This document shows, one piece after another, positions 16,863 through 26,276 of a stretch of DNA of 27,731 nucleotides. The stretch covers positions 1 through 27,731 of the IMG/VR virus record IMGVR_UViG_3300028585_000056. One strand, given 5' to 3'. The stretch's first letter is position 1; each line of letters opens with the position of its first letter. The stretch is from a virus (taxonomy: Duplodnaviria > Caudoviricetes). Both the position numbers and the translations under genes were made by a program. The notes under the pieces are model-generated. The model was given only the letters and a program-made list of their open reading frames with translations, ran no database searches and had not been told where the DNA came from.

Positions 16863-17423
16863 ATGTCACTCGAAGCAGCAAATCACATCTCGCAGCTGGT
16901 TGCGACCAACCCGGCGCCGGCCGACCCGAAAAGCCAGGGCGACGACCACATTCGCGGGATCAAGCGCACGCTGCTGAACGACCTGCAAGGGTTCGCCGGC
17001 GCGATCCTGATCGCCGGCGCCGACGGCGGCGTGACCAACGCTTACATGGTGACGCCCGCCAACCCGCTGGACATTTACAGCGTCCGGATGACGGTCGTGT
17101 TCTCGCCAGTGGTGCCGAACACCGGCGCCGCGACGATGAACATTTCGACCCTCGGGCCGGTGCCGCTGCGTAGCGTCAGCGGCGCGGAGCTGACGAACAA
17201 CGACCTGGTGCCGGGCGCGATCTACGCGGCCATGTACACCGGCAGCGAGTTCCGCCTGACCGGCATCACGAAAAACTACGCCGATCAGCTGTCGTTCGTC
17301 ACCACGCTGCCGCAGCAGGCCGGCAACGCTGGGAAGTTCGTGACCACGGACGGCACCAACGCGACCTGGGCGCCGGTCATCGGCAATTCGCTTTATCTCA
17401 ACGCCAACTTCGGAGGCTACTAA
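16863..17423 (+). CDS. Tail fibre proximal/anchor protein
   Basis: MSLEAANHISQLVATNP..DPKSQGDDHIRGIK resembles fibre N-termini of related podoviruses; AGNAGKFVTTDGTNATW fibre motif. Confidence 0.7.
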   Translation: MSLEAANHISQLVATNPAPADPKSQGDDHIRGIKRTLLNDLQGFAGAILIAGADGGVTNAYMVTPANPLDIYSVRMTVVFSPVVPNTGAATMNISTLGPVPLRSVSGAELTNNDLVPGAIYAAMYTGSEFRLTGITKNYADQLSFVTTLPQQAGNAGKFVTTDGTNATWAPVIGNSLYLNANFGGY

Positions 17424-17825
17424 ATGCCAGCCAATATTCAACCAATTTTCCCAGCGGCGCCGGCCATCGGCATCGCTACGTTCACCGGCGCTACGGCGCT
17501 CACCTCGCGCGCCAACATCATCGGTACTACCGGCCTGACGCCGCTGACGCCGGTGTCCACGAACGGCAAGCGCGTCGACGCGATCACGGTCAAGGGCAAG
17601 GGAACGACCGTCACTTCGCTGGTCGGCATCTGGCTGTTCAACGGCACCACGTCGTTTCTTATCGATGAAATCCCGGTGTCGGCAGCCACGCCTGGCGGCG
17701 GCACCGAGTCGTTCACCGTGACGCGCCCGTACGCGAACCTGGTGCTGCCGCCGAACCACCAGCTGTTCGTGTCGCAGCAGGTGCAGACCGACGTGAACGT
17801 GCTCGCCTATGGCGGGGACTACTGA
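17424..17825 (+). CDS. Putative tail fibre-associated protein (133 aa)
   Basis: Coupled to both neighbours (TAA-ATG, TGATG); Thr-rich and beta-rich. Confidence 0.65.
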   Translation: MPANIQPIFPAAPAIGIATFTGATALTSRANIIGTTGLTPLTPVSTNGKRVDAITVKGKGTTVTSLVGIWLFNGTTSFLIDEIPVSAATPGGGTESFTVTRPYANLVLPPNHQLFVSQQVQTDVNVLAYGGDY

Positions 17826-18655
17826 TGTTCCCCGGCGTATTCCCTGCCCCTGCGCAGGCACAAATGCAGGTGTTCACCACCGGTGGCCAGTTCTTCCCGA
17901 AGCCTGGCGCCAAGATGTATTACGTCGAGGTGCTGGGCGCCGGCGGCGGCGGTGCCGGTGCTTCTGCGGGCGCGGGCAATGCTGGCGCTGGCGGCGGTGG
18001 TGGTGGCTCGTTTGCCTCCGGCCTGATTGATGCAAGTCGAGTTTCGGCCTCGGTGCAAGTATCAGTGGGCGCTGGCGGGCTCAGGGGGAACGGGTCAACT
18101 ACTGGCTCGGGCCTATCCGGATCCAATGGAGGTACTTCGTCCTTTGGGCAGCTTCTCAGCGCTGGCGGCGGTGTAGGCGGTGGCGTATCCGCTGGAGGCG
18201 GCGGCGGATTTCAGTCATTCGGGATCGTCGCTGCGACTAGCCCTGCGCGTGGCCCGGATGGGGCGCCTGCCGGAGGCAATGCAGAAAATGGCGGCGGCGG
18301 CGGCGGGAATCCAGCGATCAATGGCGGAAGTTCTGGTCGTGGCGGCGCTGGTGGCGGTGGTGGTGGTACGGCAAACACATCCCCTGCTGGAGGCAACGGT
18401 GGGCGGCGAGGTTCCGGCACTTCCGGAGGAGGCGCAAGCGGAGCAAGCGCCGCTGGCGCTGCAGGGGGAGCTGGCTCAGATGACCCATTGCTTGCAGGCG
18501 GCGGCGGTGGTGGTGGCGGATCGAACACGACGACAGGCGGAGCCGGAGGAAATGGCTCCGTTGGATGCGGTGGCGGCGGTGGCGGCGCTGGCGTTGGAAC
18601 TGGCGGCGCTGGCGGCTTCGGCGGCCGTGGCGAAGTTCGAATTTACTGGTGGTAG
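17825..18655 (+). CDS. Glycine-rich distal fibre/receptor-binding protein
   Basis: VEVLGAGGGG..GGRGEVRIYWW with many GGxGG runs. Confidence 0.75.
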   Translation: MFPGVFPAPAQAQMQVFTTGGQFFPKPGAKMYYVEVLGAGGGGAGASAGAGNAGAGGGGGGSFASGLIDASRVSASVQVSVGAGGLRGNGSTTGSGLSGSNGGTSSFGQLLSAGGGVGGGVSAGGGGGFQSFGIVAATSPARGPDGAPAGGNAENGGGGGGNPAINGGSSGRGGAGGGGGGTANTSPAGGNGGRRGSGTSGGGASGASAAGAAGGAGSDDPLLAGGGGGGGGSNTTTGGAGGNGSVGCGGGGGGAGVGTGGAGGFGGRGEVRIYWW

Positions 18656-18663
18656 GAGAGCAC

Positions 18664-19071
18664 ATGCGTGCAGCACAGATCAACAACGACGGCGTGGTGG
18701 TGAACTTCGTCCTGGTGGGCGGCTTCGATGCTCAGTTCATCGACCCGGCCGGCGCCGACATTGGCTGGCGCTGGAACGGCGAACGGTTCGTGCAACCGGC
18801 GCTCGAGATCGAGCCGGGCCCGATGGTGCCGGCGCGCGTGCCGATGCTGAACGCGCACCTCGAGCTGATCGAGGCGGGCTGGATGCCGGCGGTGGATGCC
18901 TTCATCGAGGCGATGCCGGAACCTGACCGCTCGCTGGCGCAGGCCTGGCTGGCGCAGGCGCTGACCATGGCGCGCGACCATCCGCTGGTGCTGGCCATCC
19001 CGGCGGCGCTGGGCAAGACCGAAACCGAGGTCGACGAACTGTTCATCCGGGCGGGGGCGCGCGATGCCTAA
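18664..19071 (+). CDS. Putative tail fibre assembly/chaperone protein
   Basis: AGGAG RBS; ADIGWRWNGERF..RDHPLV..ALG..EVDELFIRA pattern found downstream of fibre genes. Confidence 0.7.
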   Translation: MRAAQINNDGVVVNFVLVGGFDAQFIDPAGADIGWRWNGERFVQPALEIEPGPMVPARVPMLNAHLELIEAGWMPAVDAFIEAMPEPDRSLAQAWLAQALTMARDHPLVLAIPAALGKTETEVDELFIRAGARDA

Positions 19072-20629
19072 ATTGACCGTCCCCGCAGCTGGCGCCGCCG
19101 GCGTCGTCAAGGACGTGACGCAGGATAAGCTGCCGCTGGGCGCCTGGACTGATGCGAACAATATGCGGTTCCTCGACGGTTCGGCCCAGCAGTTCTTCGG
19201 CTACGGCCAGGTTTACGGCGCGGCATCAGCGGCGCCGCTGCACGTGCTGCAGCTGAACATCGGGCAGTCGGTCCACTGGCTATACGCTGGCGCGCAGCAG
19301 GTCTACGATGTGACGCTGGTCGCCGGCGCGCCGGTGCACACGAACCTGACGCGCCGCGCGAACGGCGCCGACCTGCCCTACAACGGCGCACCGAACCAGT
19401 GGACGAGCACGACGCTGTCGGGCGTGCCGATCCTGAACAACGGCGTCGACACGCCGCAACAGTGGAACCTGGACCCGGCCAGCCGCATGCAGCAGCTGGA
19501 CAACTGGCCATCGAACACGCGCTGCAAGTCGATGCGCGCGTACAAGAACTTCTTGCTGGCGCTCGGCGTGTCCCGAAATGGCGTCGAGCTACCGTTCAAC
19601 GTCATGTGGTCGAGCCCGGCAGACCCGGGCGGCGTGCCGACCAGCTGGGCGAACAACGATCCGACGTCAGAATCAGGCGACTACGACCTGGCCGAGGGCG
19701 GCGACTACATCGTCGACGGCCTGCAGCTGCGCGACAGCTTCATGATCTACAAGCAGCAGTCGGTGTGGCGCATGGACTTGATCGGCGGCCCGTATGTGTT
19801 CACCTTCCGCAAGGTGCTGGGCGTGTCGGGCGCGCTGAACCGCAACTGCATCGTCGAGATCGACGGCTTCCACGTGGTGCTGACCGCTTCCGACGTCGTG
19901 GTGCACGATGGCCAGTCGGCCACCTCCGTGCTCGACAAGGTGGCGCGCCGAACCCTGTTCCAAGACATGGACACCGCCTACACCGACCGCGCGTTCGTGT
20001 TCAAGAACCCGTACTTCAACGAAGTGTACGTCTGCTATGTGTCGATCGGCGGCACGGCGCCGGACAAGGCGATGGTGTGGAATTACGTCGACAAGACGGT
20101 CACCTACCGCAGCATCCCGAACCTGAACCACGCCAGCTTCGGCGCGGTGGAGAACTCGCTGGGCGACGCCTGGTCGTCCGACAGCGCCTCCTGGGAAAGC
20201 GACCTGACGCCATGGAACGGGCCCGACTTCACGCCCGGCACCGCGCGCGTGCTCGCGGCATCGGCCGACAGCAAGCTGCTGCTGCTCGATGCCTCGGCCT
20301 CGGCGGACGGCCAGTTCGCCCAGGCCTATCTCGAGCGGCGCGGCCTGGGCTTCGGCGAAGACGAGCGCATGAAACGCGTGGTGAACGTGCGGCCGCGCAT
20401 CAAGGGCAGCCCGGGCGAGACCGTGATCGTGCGAGTCGGCGGCCACATGACCGACCCGGAGGCAGACCCGGAATACGACGTCGCCGTCGAGTTCGTCATC
20501 GGCGAGGACGTGGTGATCGACTGCATCGTCGAGTACCGCTACATCGCCATCCGGTTCGAGACTGGCACGGCGACGCAGTGGCGCCTGACCAGCTTCGACT
20601 ACGACATTCAACTCGGGGGGAAATGGTGA
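19064..20629 (+). CDS. Tail nozzle/hub protein (P22 gp10 analogue)
   Basis: 521 aa, beta-propeller-like pattern; lies between fibre and ejection genes. Confidence 0.75.
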   Translation: MPKLTVPAAGAAGVVKDVTQDKLPLGAWTDANNMRFLDGSAQQFFGYGQVYGAASAAPLHVLQLNIGQSVHWLYAGAQQVYDVTLVAGAPVHTNLTRRANGADLPYNGAPNQWTSTTLSGVPILNNGVDTPQQWNLDPASRMQQLDNWPSNTRCKSMRAYKNFLLALGVSRNGVELPFNVMWSSPADPGGVPTSWANNDPTSESGDYDLAEGGDYIVDGLQLRDSFMIYKQQSVWRMDLIGGPYVFTFRKVLGVSGALNRNCIVEIDGFHVVLTASDVVVHDGQSATSVLDKVARRTLFQDMDTAYTDRAFVFKNPYFNEVYVCYVSIGGTAPDKAMVWNYVDKTVTYRSIPNLNHASFGAVENSLGDAWSSDSASWESDLTPWNGPDFTPGTARVLAASADSKLLLLDASASADGQFAQAYLERRGLGFGEDERMKRVVNVRPRIKGSPGETVIVRVGGHMTDPEADPEYDVAVEFVIGEDVVIDCIVEYRYIAIRFETGTATQWRLTSFDYDIQLGGKW

Positions 20630-20922
20630 AGCCGACAAGAGGCGCAATCCTGGGCTACATGCCCGAGCAGCCACCCGCAGACCTGCCGCCATCGGCCCGA
20701 CGTTACCTCGACACCGAGCTGAACCGGATCGCCGCGGTGCTGCAGGCGCTGCTGACGGTGGTGCCATCGGGCGCAAGCCTGAGCCTGAGCCCGATGTCGG
20801 CGCCGCCGGGTTCGCCGGCGATGCCGATGATCGTCTACACCAACGGCACGACCTGGGACCCTGGCAGCGGCGAGGGCTATTACTACTTCAACAGCAATGG
20901 TGTGTGGACGCCCCTGGGCTGA
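20623..20922 (+). CDS. Small tail protein (needle/plug candidate, 99 aa)
   Basis: YLDTELNRIAAVL helix and WDPGSGEGYYYF C-terminus; overlaps the nozzle stop. Confidence 0.65.
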   Translation: MVKPTRGAILGYMPEQPPADLPPSARRYLDTELNRIAAVLQALLTVVPSGASLSLSPMSAPPGSPAMPMIVYTNGTTWDPGSGEGYYYFNSNGVWTPLG

Positions 20923-20944
20923 TCCGCCGCACGAAAGGAACATC

Positions 20945-22384
20945 ATGGGATTTTTGAAAGACCTCGTCGGCATCGCCGCCCCGATTGCCGGTACCTTCCT
21001 TGGCGGCCCGATGGGCGGCGCCATTGGCGGCGCGCTCGGCGGCATGGTCAGCGGAAGCGGCCAGCCGAAGTCGCAGACCTCGACCACGCAGCAGCAGCTG
21101 GACCCGCGCATCAGCAATATGCTGTTCGGTAACGGCGGCGCCGATAAGGGCCTGCTGGCGCAGTACCAGGGCCTGCTGAACGCGCCGCAGTCGGATGCGT
21201 CGAAAGCGTGGGCCGGCGCGAATGCCGATTTTCTCACGCAGAATGGTGCCGGCGACCTGAGTGCGATCCGCAATTCAGCCATGGGCCTGATGGGCGGCAG
21301 CACGGCGCCGATGATGACGCCGGCGCAGGCAACCGGCGCGCAGGCCGGCGGTGTCCAGTCTGTCGGCACGCAAGCAACCCTGCCAGCGTACGCAGTCGGC
21401 AATTCGATCAATGCGCCATCGCAGAACGGCGTCGACCTGTCCAGCACGTTCCAGAGCCTGCTTGGCGGCGGAAACAGCGCGGCGCTGATGAAATCGCTTC
21501 AGGCCGGCAACGACCTGACCAGCGCGCAGTTCCAACAGAACCAATCCAGCCTGACGGACAATCTGCAGCGCAACGTGCTGCCGGGAATCCGCAGCGGCGC
21601 GCTCGGCGCCGGCCAGTACGGCGGCTCGCGCCAGGGCATTGCAGAAGGCCTCGCCCTGAGCGACTACACGAAGCAACTGACCAACGCGAACACGCAGCTG
21701 GGCCTGGCCAACAGCGCGAACACGTCCGGACAGCTGGCTGGCGCGTATGAAAGCGGCCAAAACCGCGCGCTCGCGGCGGCGCAGGGACTGAGCGCCCAGC
21801 AGTACAACGTGGCGGCGCAGAACGCGGCGACGAAGAACCAGGCCGAGTTCATGAACGTGGGGAACATGTTCGACGCCAGCAAAACGAACGCCGGCATGTC
21901 GCAGCAGAACCAGCAGTTCAACGCGAACCAGGGCCAGCAGAACAATCAGTTCAATGCCGGCCTCGGCCAGCAGACCGGCCAGTTCAACGCTGGGCTGCAG
22001 CAGCAAGGCGGCCTGGCGAACCAGCAATCGCAGCTCACGACCAACGGCCAGAACAACAGCGCGGCGGCGGCCGGCTCGGGCCTGCTGGGGGGGCTGCTGG
22101 GCCAGGCTGGCAGCGCGGTCAACGCGCAGGACAACTACGTCATCAACAAGGCGCAGGGCGTGAACTCGCTGCTGGCGCCGTACCTGGGCGTGAACGGCTC
22201 GACCAGCAGCACGCAGCCGCTGTACAACAACCAGACCGGCAATGCGCTGGGCGGCGCCATGCTGGGCGGCCAGCTTGCTGGCATGTTCGGCGGCAGCAGT
22301 TCGAGCTCGTCGGGTGGGCTCGGCGATCTGTTCGGCATTGGCACCAAAGGCGGCGGCCTGTTCGGCTCCGGCTCTTTCTTCTAA
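20945..22384 (+). CDS. DNA ejection/pilot protein 1
   Basis: AAAGGA RBS; Gly-rich hydrophobic termini; Q/N/A-rich helical body with 11-aa repeats. Confidence 0.75.
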   Translation: MGFLKDLVGIAAPIAGTFLGGPMGGAIGGALGGMVSGSGQPKSQTSTTQQQLDPRISNMLFGNGGADKGLLAQYQGLLNAPQSDASKAWAGANADFLTQNGAGDLSAIRNSAMGLMGGSTAPMMTPAQATGAQAGGVQSVGTQATLPAYAVGNSINAPSQNGVDLSSTFQSLLGGGNSAALMKSLQAGNDLTSAQFQQNQSSLTDNLQRNVLPGIRSGALGAGQYGGSRQGIAEGLALSDYTKQLTNANTQLGLANSANTSGQLAGAYESGQNRALAAAQGLSAQQYNVAAQNAATKNQAEFMNVGNMFDASKTNAGMSQQNQQFNANQGQQNNQFNAGLGQQTGQFNAGLQQQGGLANQQSQLTTNGQNNSAAAAGSGLLGGLLGQAGSAVNAQDNYVINKAQGVNSLLAPYLGVNGSTSSTQPLYNNQTGNALGGAMLGGQLAGMFGGSSSSSSGGLGDLFGIGTKGGGLFGSGSFF

Positions 22385-22393
22385 GGGATCATC

Positions 22394-23686
22394 ATGGCAG
22401 GACTTTTCGACATGTTCAGCGGCACGCCGCAATCGCAGGGCCTGCTGGCCGCGGCGGCGCAGATTCTCCAGGCCTCGGGGCCGTCGCGCACGCCCACCAG
22501 CCTGGGGCAGATCCTGGGCAGTGGCCTGGGCGCCTACCAGCAGCAGGAACAGCAGGCGCGCCAGCTGGGCCAGCTCGAGCAGATGCGTGCGGTGCAGCTG
22601 CAGGAAGCACAGGCTGGCATGTCCGACCGCCAGCGCGCGCGCGACCAGGAGCAGCAGATCAGCGCAGCGCTGCGTGGCGCAAACGGCGACGGCGGCTTCG
22701 ATGCCAATGCCGCGATCCAGGCGGTGATGCGCATCGACCCGCGCCAGGGCCTGGAGCTGCAGCGCTCGCTGACGAAGGCCGGGCCGAAGTTCGACAGCGG
22801 GATTGAGTTCGTTAACGGCCCGGACGGCAAGCCGATCGCAGTGCGCACCGCCGACGACGGCAGCGTGAAGATGCTTGACGGCCTCGCGCCGCGCGAGAAG
22901 CTGCAACTTGAGAACCTGGGCGGTCGCAGCGTCGCCGTGAACCCGTTCCAGCTGCAGGCCGGCCAGACGTTCGATCGCACCGCAACGCCAGACGCCCTGC
23001 TCTCAGCCGCCACCCAGCGGCGCGGCCAGGACATCACCATGCGCGGCCAGAACATGGTCGATGCGCGTGCCGTCGCATCGAACCCGGCGAACAAGCCACT
23101 GCCTGCCGCCGCACTCAAGATGCAGCAGTCGGAACTGGATGCCCTGTCCACCGCCAGCGGCATCGATGGTGCGCTTAAAAAAATCGAAGGTCAGATCAGC
23201 CAGAAGAAGCTGGCGTTCGGCCCTGTGTCGAACCTGGTCAACCGCGGCCTGAACTCGGCCGGCATGTCGACCGAGGGAAGCCGCAACCTGGCCAGCTTCC
23301 AGTCGACCCTGGAGAAGCTGCGCAACGACTCGCTGCGCCTTAACGCCGGAGTGCAGACTGACGGCGACGCACAGCGCGCTTGGAATGAGCTGTTCCAGAA
23401 CATCAACGACACGGACTTGGTGAAACAACGCTTGGGCGAGATTCGCAACATCAACCAGCGTGGCGCACAACTGCGCAAACTAAACGTCGACGGCATCCGG
23501 GCCAATTATGGTCACGAGCCGCTGGACACGTCGAAATACGAGCAGCCGTTGCCTTCTCCATCCGACAGCAATCCGAATGCTGGCGCCGCGACCAAGTTCT
23601 CGATCACCGCCCCAGATGGAAAGACGTATAACTTCCCCGACGCGAAAGCGCTGGCCAACTTCAAACTCAGCACGGGACTTAAGTAA
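22394..23686 (+). CDS. DNA ejection protein 2
   Basis: Q/A-rich helical protein with QRRGQDITMRGQN motif; position in the cluster. Confidence 0.7.
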   Translation: MAGLFDMFSGTPQSQGLLAAAAQILQASGPSRTPTSLGQILGSGLGAYQQQEQQARQLGQLEQMRAVQLQEAQAGMSDRQRARDQEQQISAALRGANGDGGFDANAAIQAVMRIDPRQGLELQRSLTKAGPKFDSGIEFVNGPDGKPIAVRTADDGSVKMLDGLAPREKLQLENLGGRSVAVNPFQLQAGQTFDRTATPDALLSAATQRRGQDITMRGQNMVDARAVASNPANKPLPAAALKMQQSELDALSTASGIDGALKKIEGQISQKKLAFGPVSNLVNRGLNSAGMSTEGSRNLASFQSTLEKLRNDSLRLNAGVQTDGDAQRAWNELFQNINDTDLVKQRLGEIRNINQRGAQLRKLNVDGIRANYGHEPLDTSKYEQPLPSPSDSNPNAGAATKFSITAPDGKTYNFPDAKALANFKLSTGLK

Positions 23687-25890
23687 TGCCTGACTACGAA
23701 AAAATGGCGGCACGTTTCGGCGGCTCGGCCAGCCCAACCGAGGCTGAGGACAAGTATGCTGCGGCGGCGCGCAGGTTCGGTGGGGCAACCCAAGAAGATG
23801 CGCCGAAGCAGGCCAAGCCGTTCGGCAAGGACTTGGGCGACGCGATCGCCGACGTTCCGCGCCAGTTCGGGCTGACCGCGCGCCATGCGGTCGAGGGCGT
23901 CGGCGAGGTGTTCGACACCTTCGTCGGCAACCCGCTGCGCACGCTGGCGGCGCCGGTGCTGGGTAACGCCCCGACCGCACGCACCGGTGCGGCGCTGGCG
24001 GATGCTGTCGGCCTGCCGCAGCCGCGTACGTCGACCGAGCGCATCGTTGGCGACGCCGCGCGCCTCATCGCTGGTGGTGGTGGCACGCTCGGCGCTGCAT
24101 CGAAGGCGGCGCAGGGGCTGAACGGCACCACACAGGGCGTGGCGCGCCTCCTTGCGTCGAATCCGGGCCAACAGCTGGCGTCGGCAGGCGCTGCTGGCCT
24201 GGCTGGCGGCTACACGCGCGAGACTGGCGGCAACGATGGCGCGCAACTGGTGGCCTCGCTCGCTGCTGGTATCGCGGCACCGGCGGCAATGGGCGGCGCC
24301 CAGCGCGCGGCTGGCGCGATCGCTCGCCGCGCAGCACCGGCCACGCCGACTGCCGAGCAGGCGCAGCAGATCAACATCACGATCGAGAACGCGCTCAAGC
24401 CGTCCGGCATCACCCTCAACCAGTTGCCCGAGCAGGTGGCGCAGAGCATCCGCAATGACGTCGCCGCGGCGTTCCGTACCAGCGACCAGGTATCACCCGA
24501 CGCGGTGCGGCGCCTGGCCGACTACCGCCTCACCGGGCTGACGCCGACCCGCGCCGGCCTGACGCTGGACCCGGCTGTGGTGACCCAGCAGAAGAACCTG
24601 TCGAAGCTGGGCGTGAACAGTCGCGACACGACGGCGCAGTTCCTGGCGCAGACCGAGAACCGCAACAACCGCGCGCTGACGACCGGCTTGAACAACCTGG
24701 GCGCCGGCGCCGCCGACGATGCATACAGCGGCGCCGAGCGTGTGATTGGCGCACTGGTCGGCCGTGATGCGCGTGCGCAGCAGATCATCGGCGGTCTGTA
24801 CGACAAGGCGCGTGACAGCGGGGGGCGCAGCGCAGCGCTGGACCCGAGCGCCTTCACCCAGCGCGCGGGCAACCTGCTGAACGAGGCCAACGTCGAATCC
24901 TTCCTGCCGGCCGACATCCGGAATAAGCTGAACGGCTTCGCCGCCGGTGAAATCCCGCTGACGGTCGAGATCGCCGAGCAGTTCAAAACCAGCATTGGCC
25001 GGCTGCAGCGCAGCACCGCGGACGGCAATGCCCGGTACGCGCTGGGCGCCGTGCGCCAGGCCCTGGACGATACTCCCCTGCTCAACCAGCCAACGCCGGC
25101 GGCGCAGTTTGGCGGCAACCAGATGACGGTACCGGGCGGCCTGGTCGCCGGTGGCGGCGCGCCAGCGCAGAACCTGGGCCAAGAAGCGATCGACGCGTTC
25201 AACAAGGCTCGTCGGTTCAACCGTGCGTACATGCAGATCGTGGAGCGCACGCCAGCGCTGCAGGCCGTGCGCGACGGCGTCGAACCCGACCAGTTCGTGC
25301 AGCAGTTCATTGTCGGCAATGGCAGCAAGGCCAGCGTGATGGGCGTAGCGCAGCTGAAGAACTCGATCAAGGCCAGCCCGGACGCGATGAACTCGGTGCG
25401 CGAACAGATCACCGGCTTCCTCAAGCAGCGCGCGCTCAACGGCGCCGACGACGAGGTCGGCCGCTTCAGCCAAGCTGGGTACAACAAGGCGCTCGAGCAG
25501 ATCGGCGAGCGCAAGCTTCGCCTGTTCTTCAAGCCCGAGGAAATCAACCAGATGAAGGCGCTTGGTCGCGTGGCCAGCTACGAGCAGTTCCAGCCTGCCG
25601 GCAGTGCGGTGAACAATTCGAACACGGCTGGCGCGCTGGGCGGCATCGCTGAGCGCTTCCTCAGCCAGTCGGTGCTGTCGAAAATCCCGTTCGGCCAGGC
25701 CGCGATCGGGGAGCCGCTGCAGAACATCCAGGTCGGGTTCCAGTCCGGCCGCGCGCTGGACGTTCCGCGCACGCTCGCCGGGCCGCGCGTCCGGCAGCCA
25801 GTCGGCCAGCGCGGGCTGTTGCTGTCGCCAGCGGCGTTCATGGACTTGGAGACGGAGGAAGAACGGCAGCGCCGGCTACTTGCGCCGTGA
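23686..25890 (+). CDS. DNA ejection protein 3
   Basis: 734 aa, Ala/Gly-rich; last of three tandem internal-virion-type genes (TAATG overlap). Confidence 0.7.
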   Translation: MPDYEKMAARFGGSASPTEAEDKYAAAARRFGGATQEDAPKQAKPFGKDLGDAIADVPRQFGLTARHAVEGVGEVFDTFVGNPLRTLAAPVLGNAPTARTGAALADAVGLPQPRTSTERIVGDAARLIAGGGGTLGAASKAAQGLNGTTQGVARLLASNPGQQLASAGAAGLAGGYTRETGGNDGAQLVASLAAGIAAPAAMGGAQRAAGAIARRAAPATPTAEQAQQINITIENALKPSGITLNQLPEQVAQSIRNDVAAAFRTSDQVSPDAVRRLADYRLTGLTPTRAGLTLDPAVVTQQKNLSKLGVNSRDTTAQFLAQTENRNNRALTTGLNNLGAGAADDAYSGAERVIGALVGRDARAQQIIGGLYDKARDSGGRSAALDPSAFTQRAGNLLNEANVESFLPADIRNKLNGFAAGEIPLTVEIAEQFKTSIGRLQRSTADGNARYALGAVRQALDDTPLLNQPTPAAQFGGNQMTVPGGLVAGGGAPAQNLGQEAIDAFNKARRFNRAYMQIVERTPALQAVRDGVEPDQFVQQFIVGNGSKASVMGVAQLKNSIKASPDAMNSVREQITGFLKQRALNGADDEVGRFSQAGYNKALEQIGERKLRLFFKPEEINQMKALGRVASYEQFQPAGSAVNNSNTAGALGGIAERFLSQSVLSKIPFGQAAIGEPLQNIQVGFQSGRALDVPRTLAGPRVRQPVGQRGLLLSPAAFMDLETEEERQRRLLAP

Positions 25891-25953
25891 CGACCACCAT
25901 GCGTTGAAGATGAAAGCGAGCATCGCGCCCAGTTGGATCGGATCGTAGTGCAT
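25876..25953 (-). CDS. Putative 25-aa membrane peptide MHYDPIQLGAMLAFIFNAWWSSRRK
   Basis: AAGGGG RBS and a perfect TATAAT (25983-25978) upstream; one hydrophobic segment and a basic tail. Confidence 0.5.
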   Translation of the reverse strand: MHYDPIQLGAMLAFIFNAWWSSRRK

Positions 25954-25982
25954 TCGCCACCCCTTGTAGTTTCCACAATTAT

Positions 25983-26007
25983 AGGCCACCAACGCGGTGG
26001 CCTTTTT
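25983..26007 (+). terminator. Intrinsic terminator before the lysis cassette
   Basis: AGGCCACC-AACGC-GGTGGCCT followed by TTTT. Confidence 0.8.
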
Positions 26008-26025
26008 CATTTCCGAAAGGTTTCC

Positions 26026-26274
26026 ATGGAAACCACCAACACCGAGCGCGCCAATGCCATTCAGCTGGCCGCCATGAGCGTGGAAGTCGCTTACCTCAAG
26101 GTCGCAGTGTCGGACCTCCGCACGACCAACGCCGAGCTCGACCGCAAGCTCGACCAGGTGCTGGCCCAGCTCGCGGAAGCGCGCGGCGGCTGGCGCACGC
26201 TGATGCTGATCGGCGGCGCCGCCGGCACGATCGGCAGCTGCGTGACCTGGCTTGTCTCCCACCTGAAAGCCTGA
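26026..26274 (+). CDS. Putative holin (coiled coil plus one C-terminal TM segment)
   Basis: GAAAGG RBS; 82 aa; TLMLIGGAAGTIGSCVTWLV; immediately upstream of the endolysin. Confidence 0.7.
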   Translation: METTNTERANAIQLAAMSVEVAYLKVAVSDLRTTNAELDRKLDQVLAQLAEARGGWRTLMLIGGAAGTIGSCVTWLVSHLKA

Positions 26275-26276
26275 TC

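Noticed and set aside
16863-19071. Possible diversity-generating retroelement or invertible tail cassette
   Set aside because: No reverse transcriptase, invertase, TR/VR pair or flanking inverted repeats seen in the window.
20612-20629. GGGGGGAAA run that could fuse the nozzle to the next gene by -1 frameshift
   Set aside because: Phase does not fit a canonical X XXY YYZ slippery site; ordinary overlapping start and stop explain it.
21275-22906. 543-aa minus-strand ORF (likewise 12480-13862, 19673-20776, 24493-25547)
   Set aside because: Shadow ORFs opposite well-supported structural genes.
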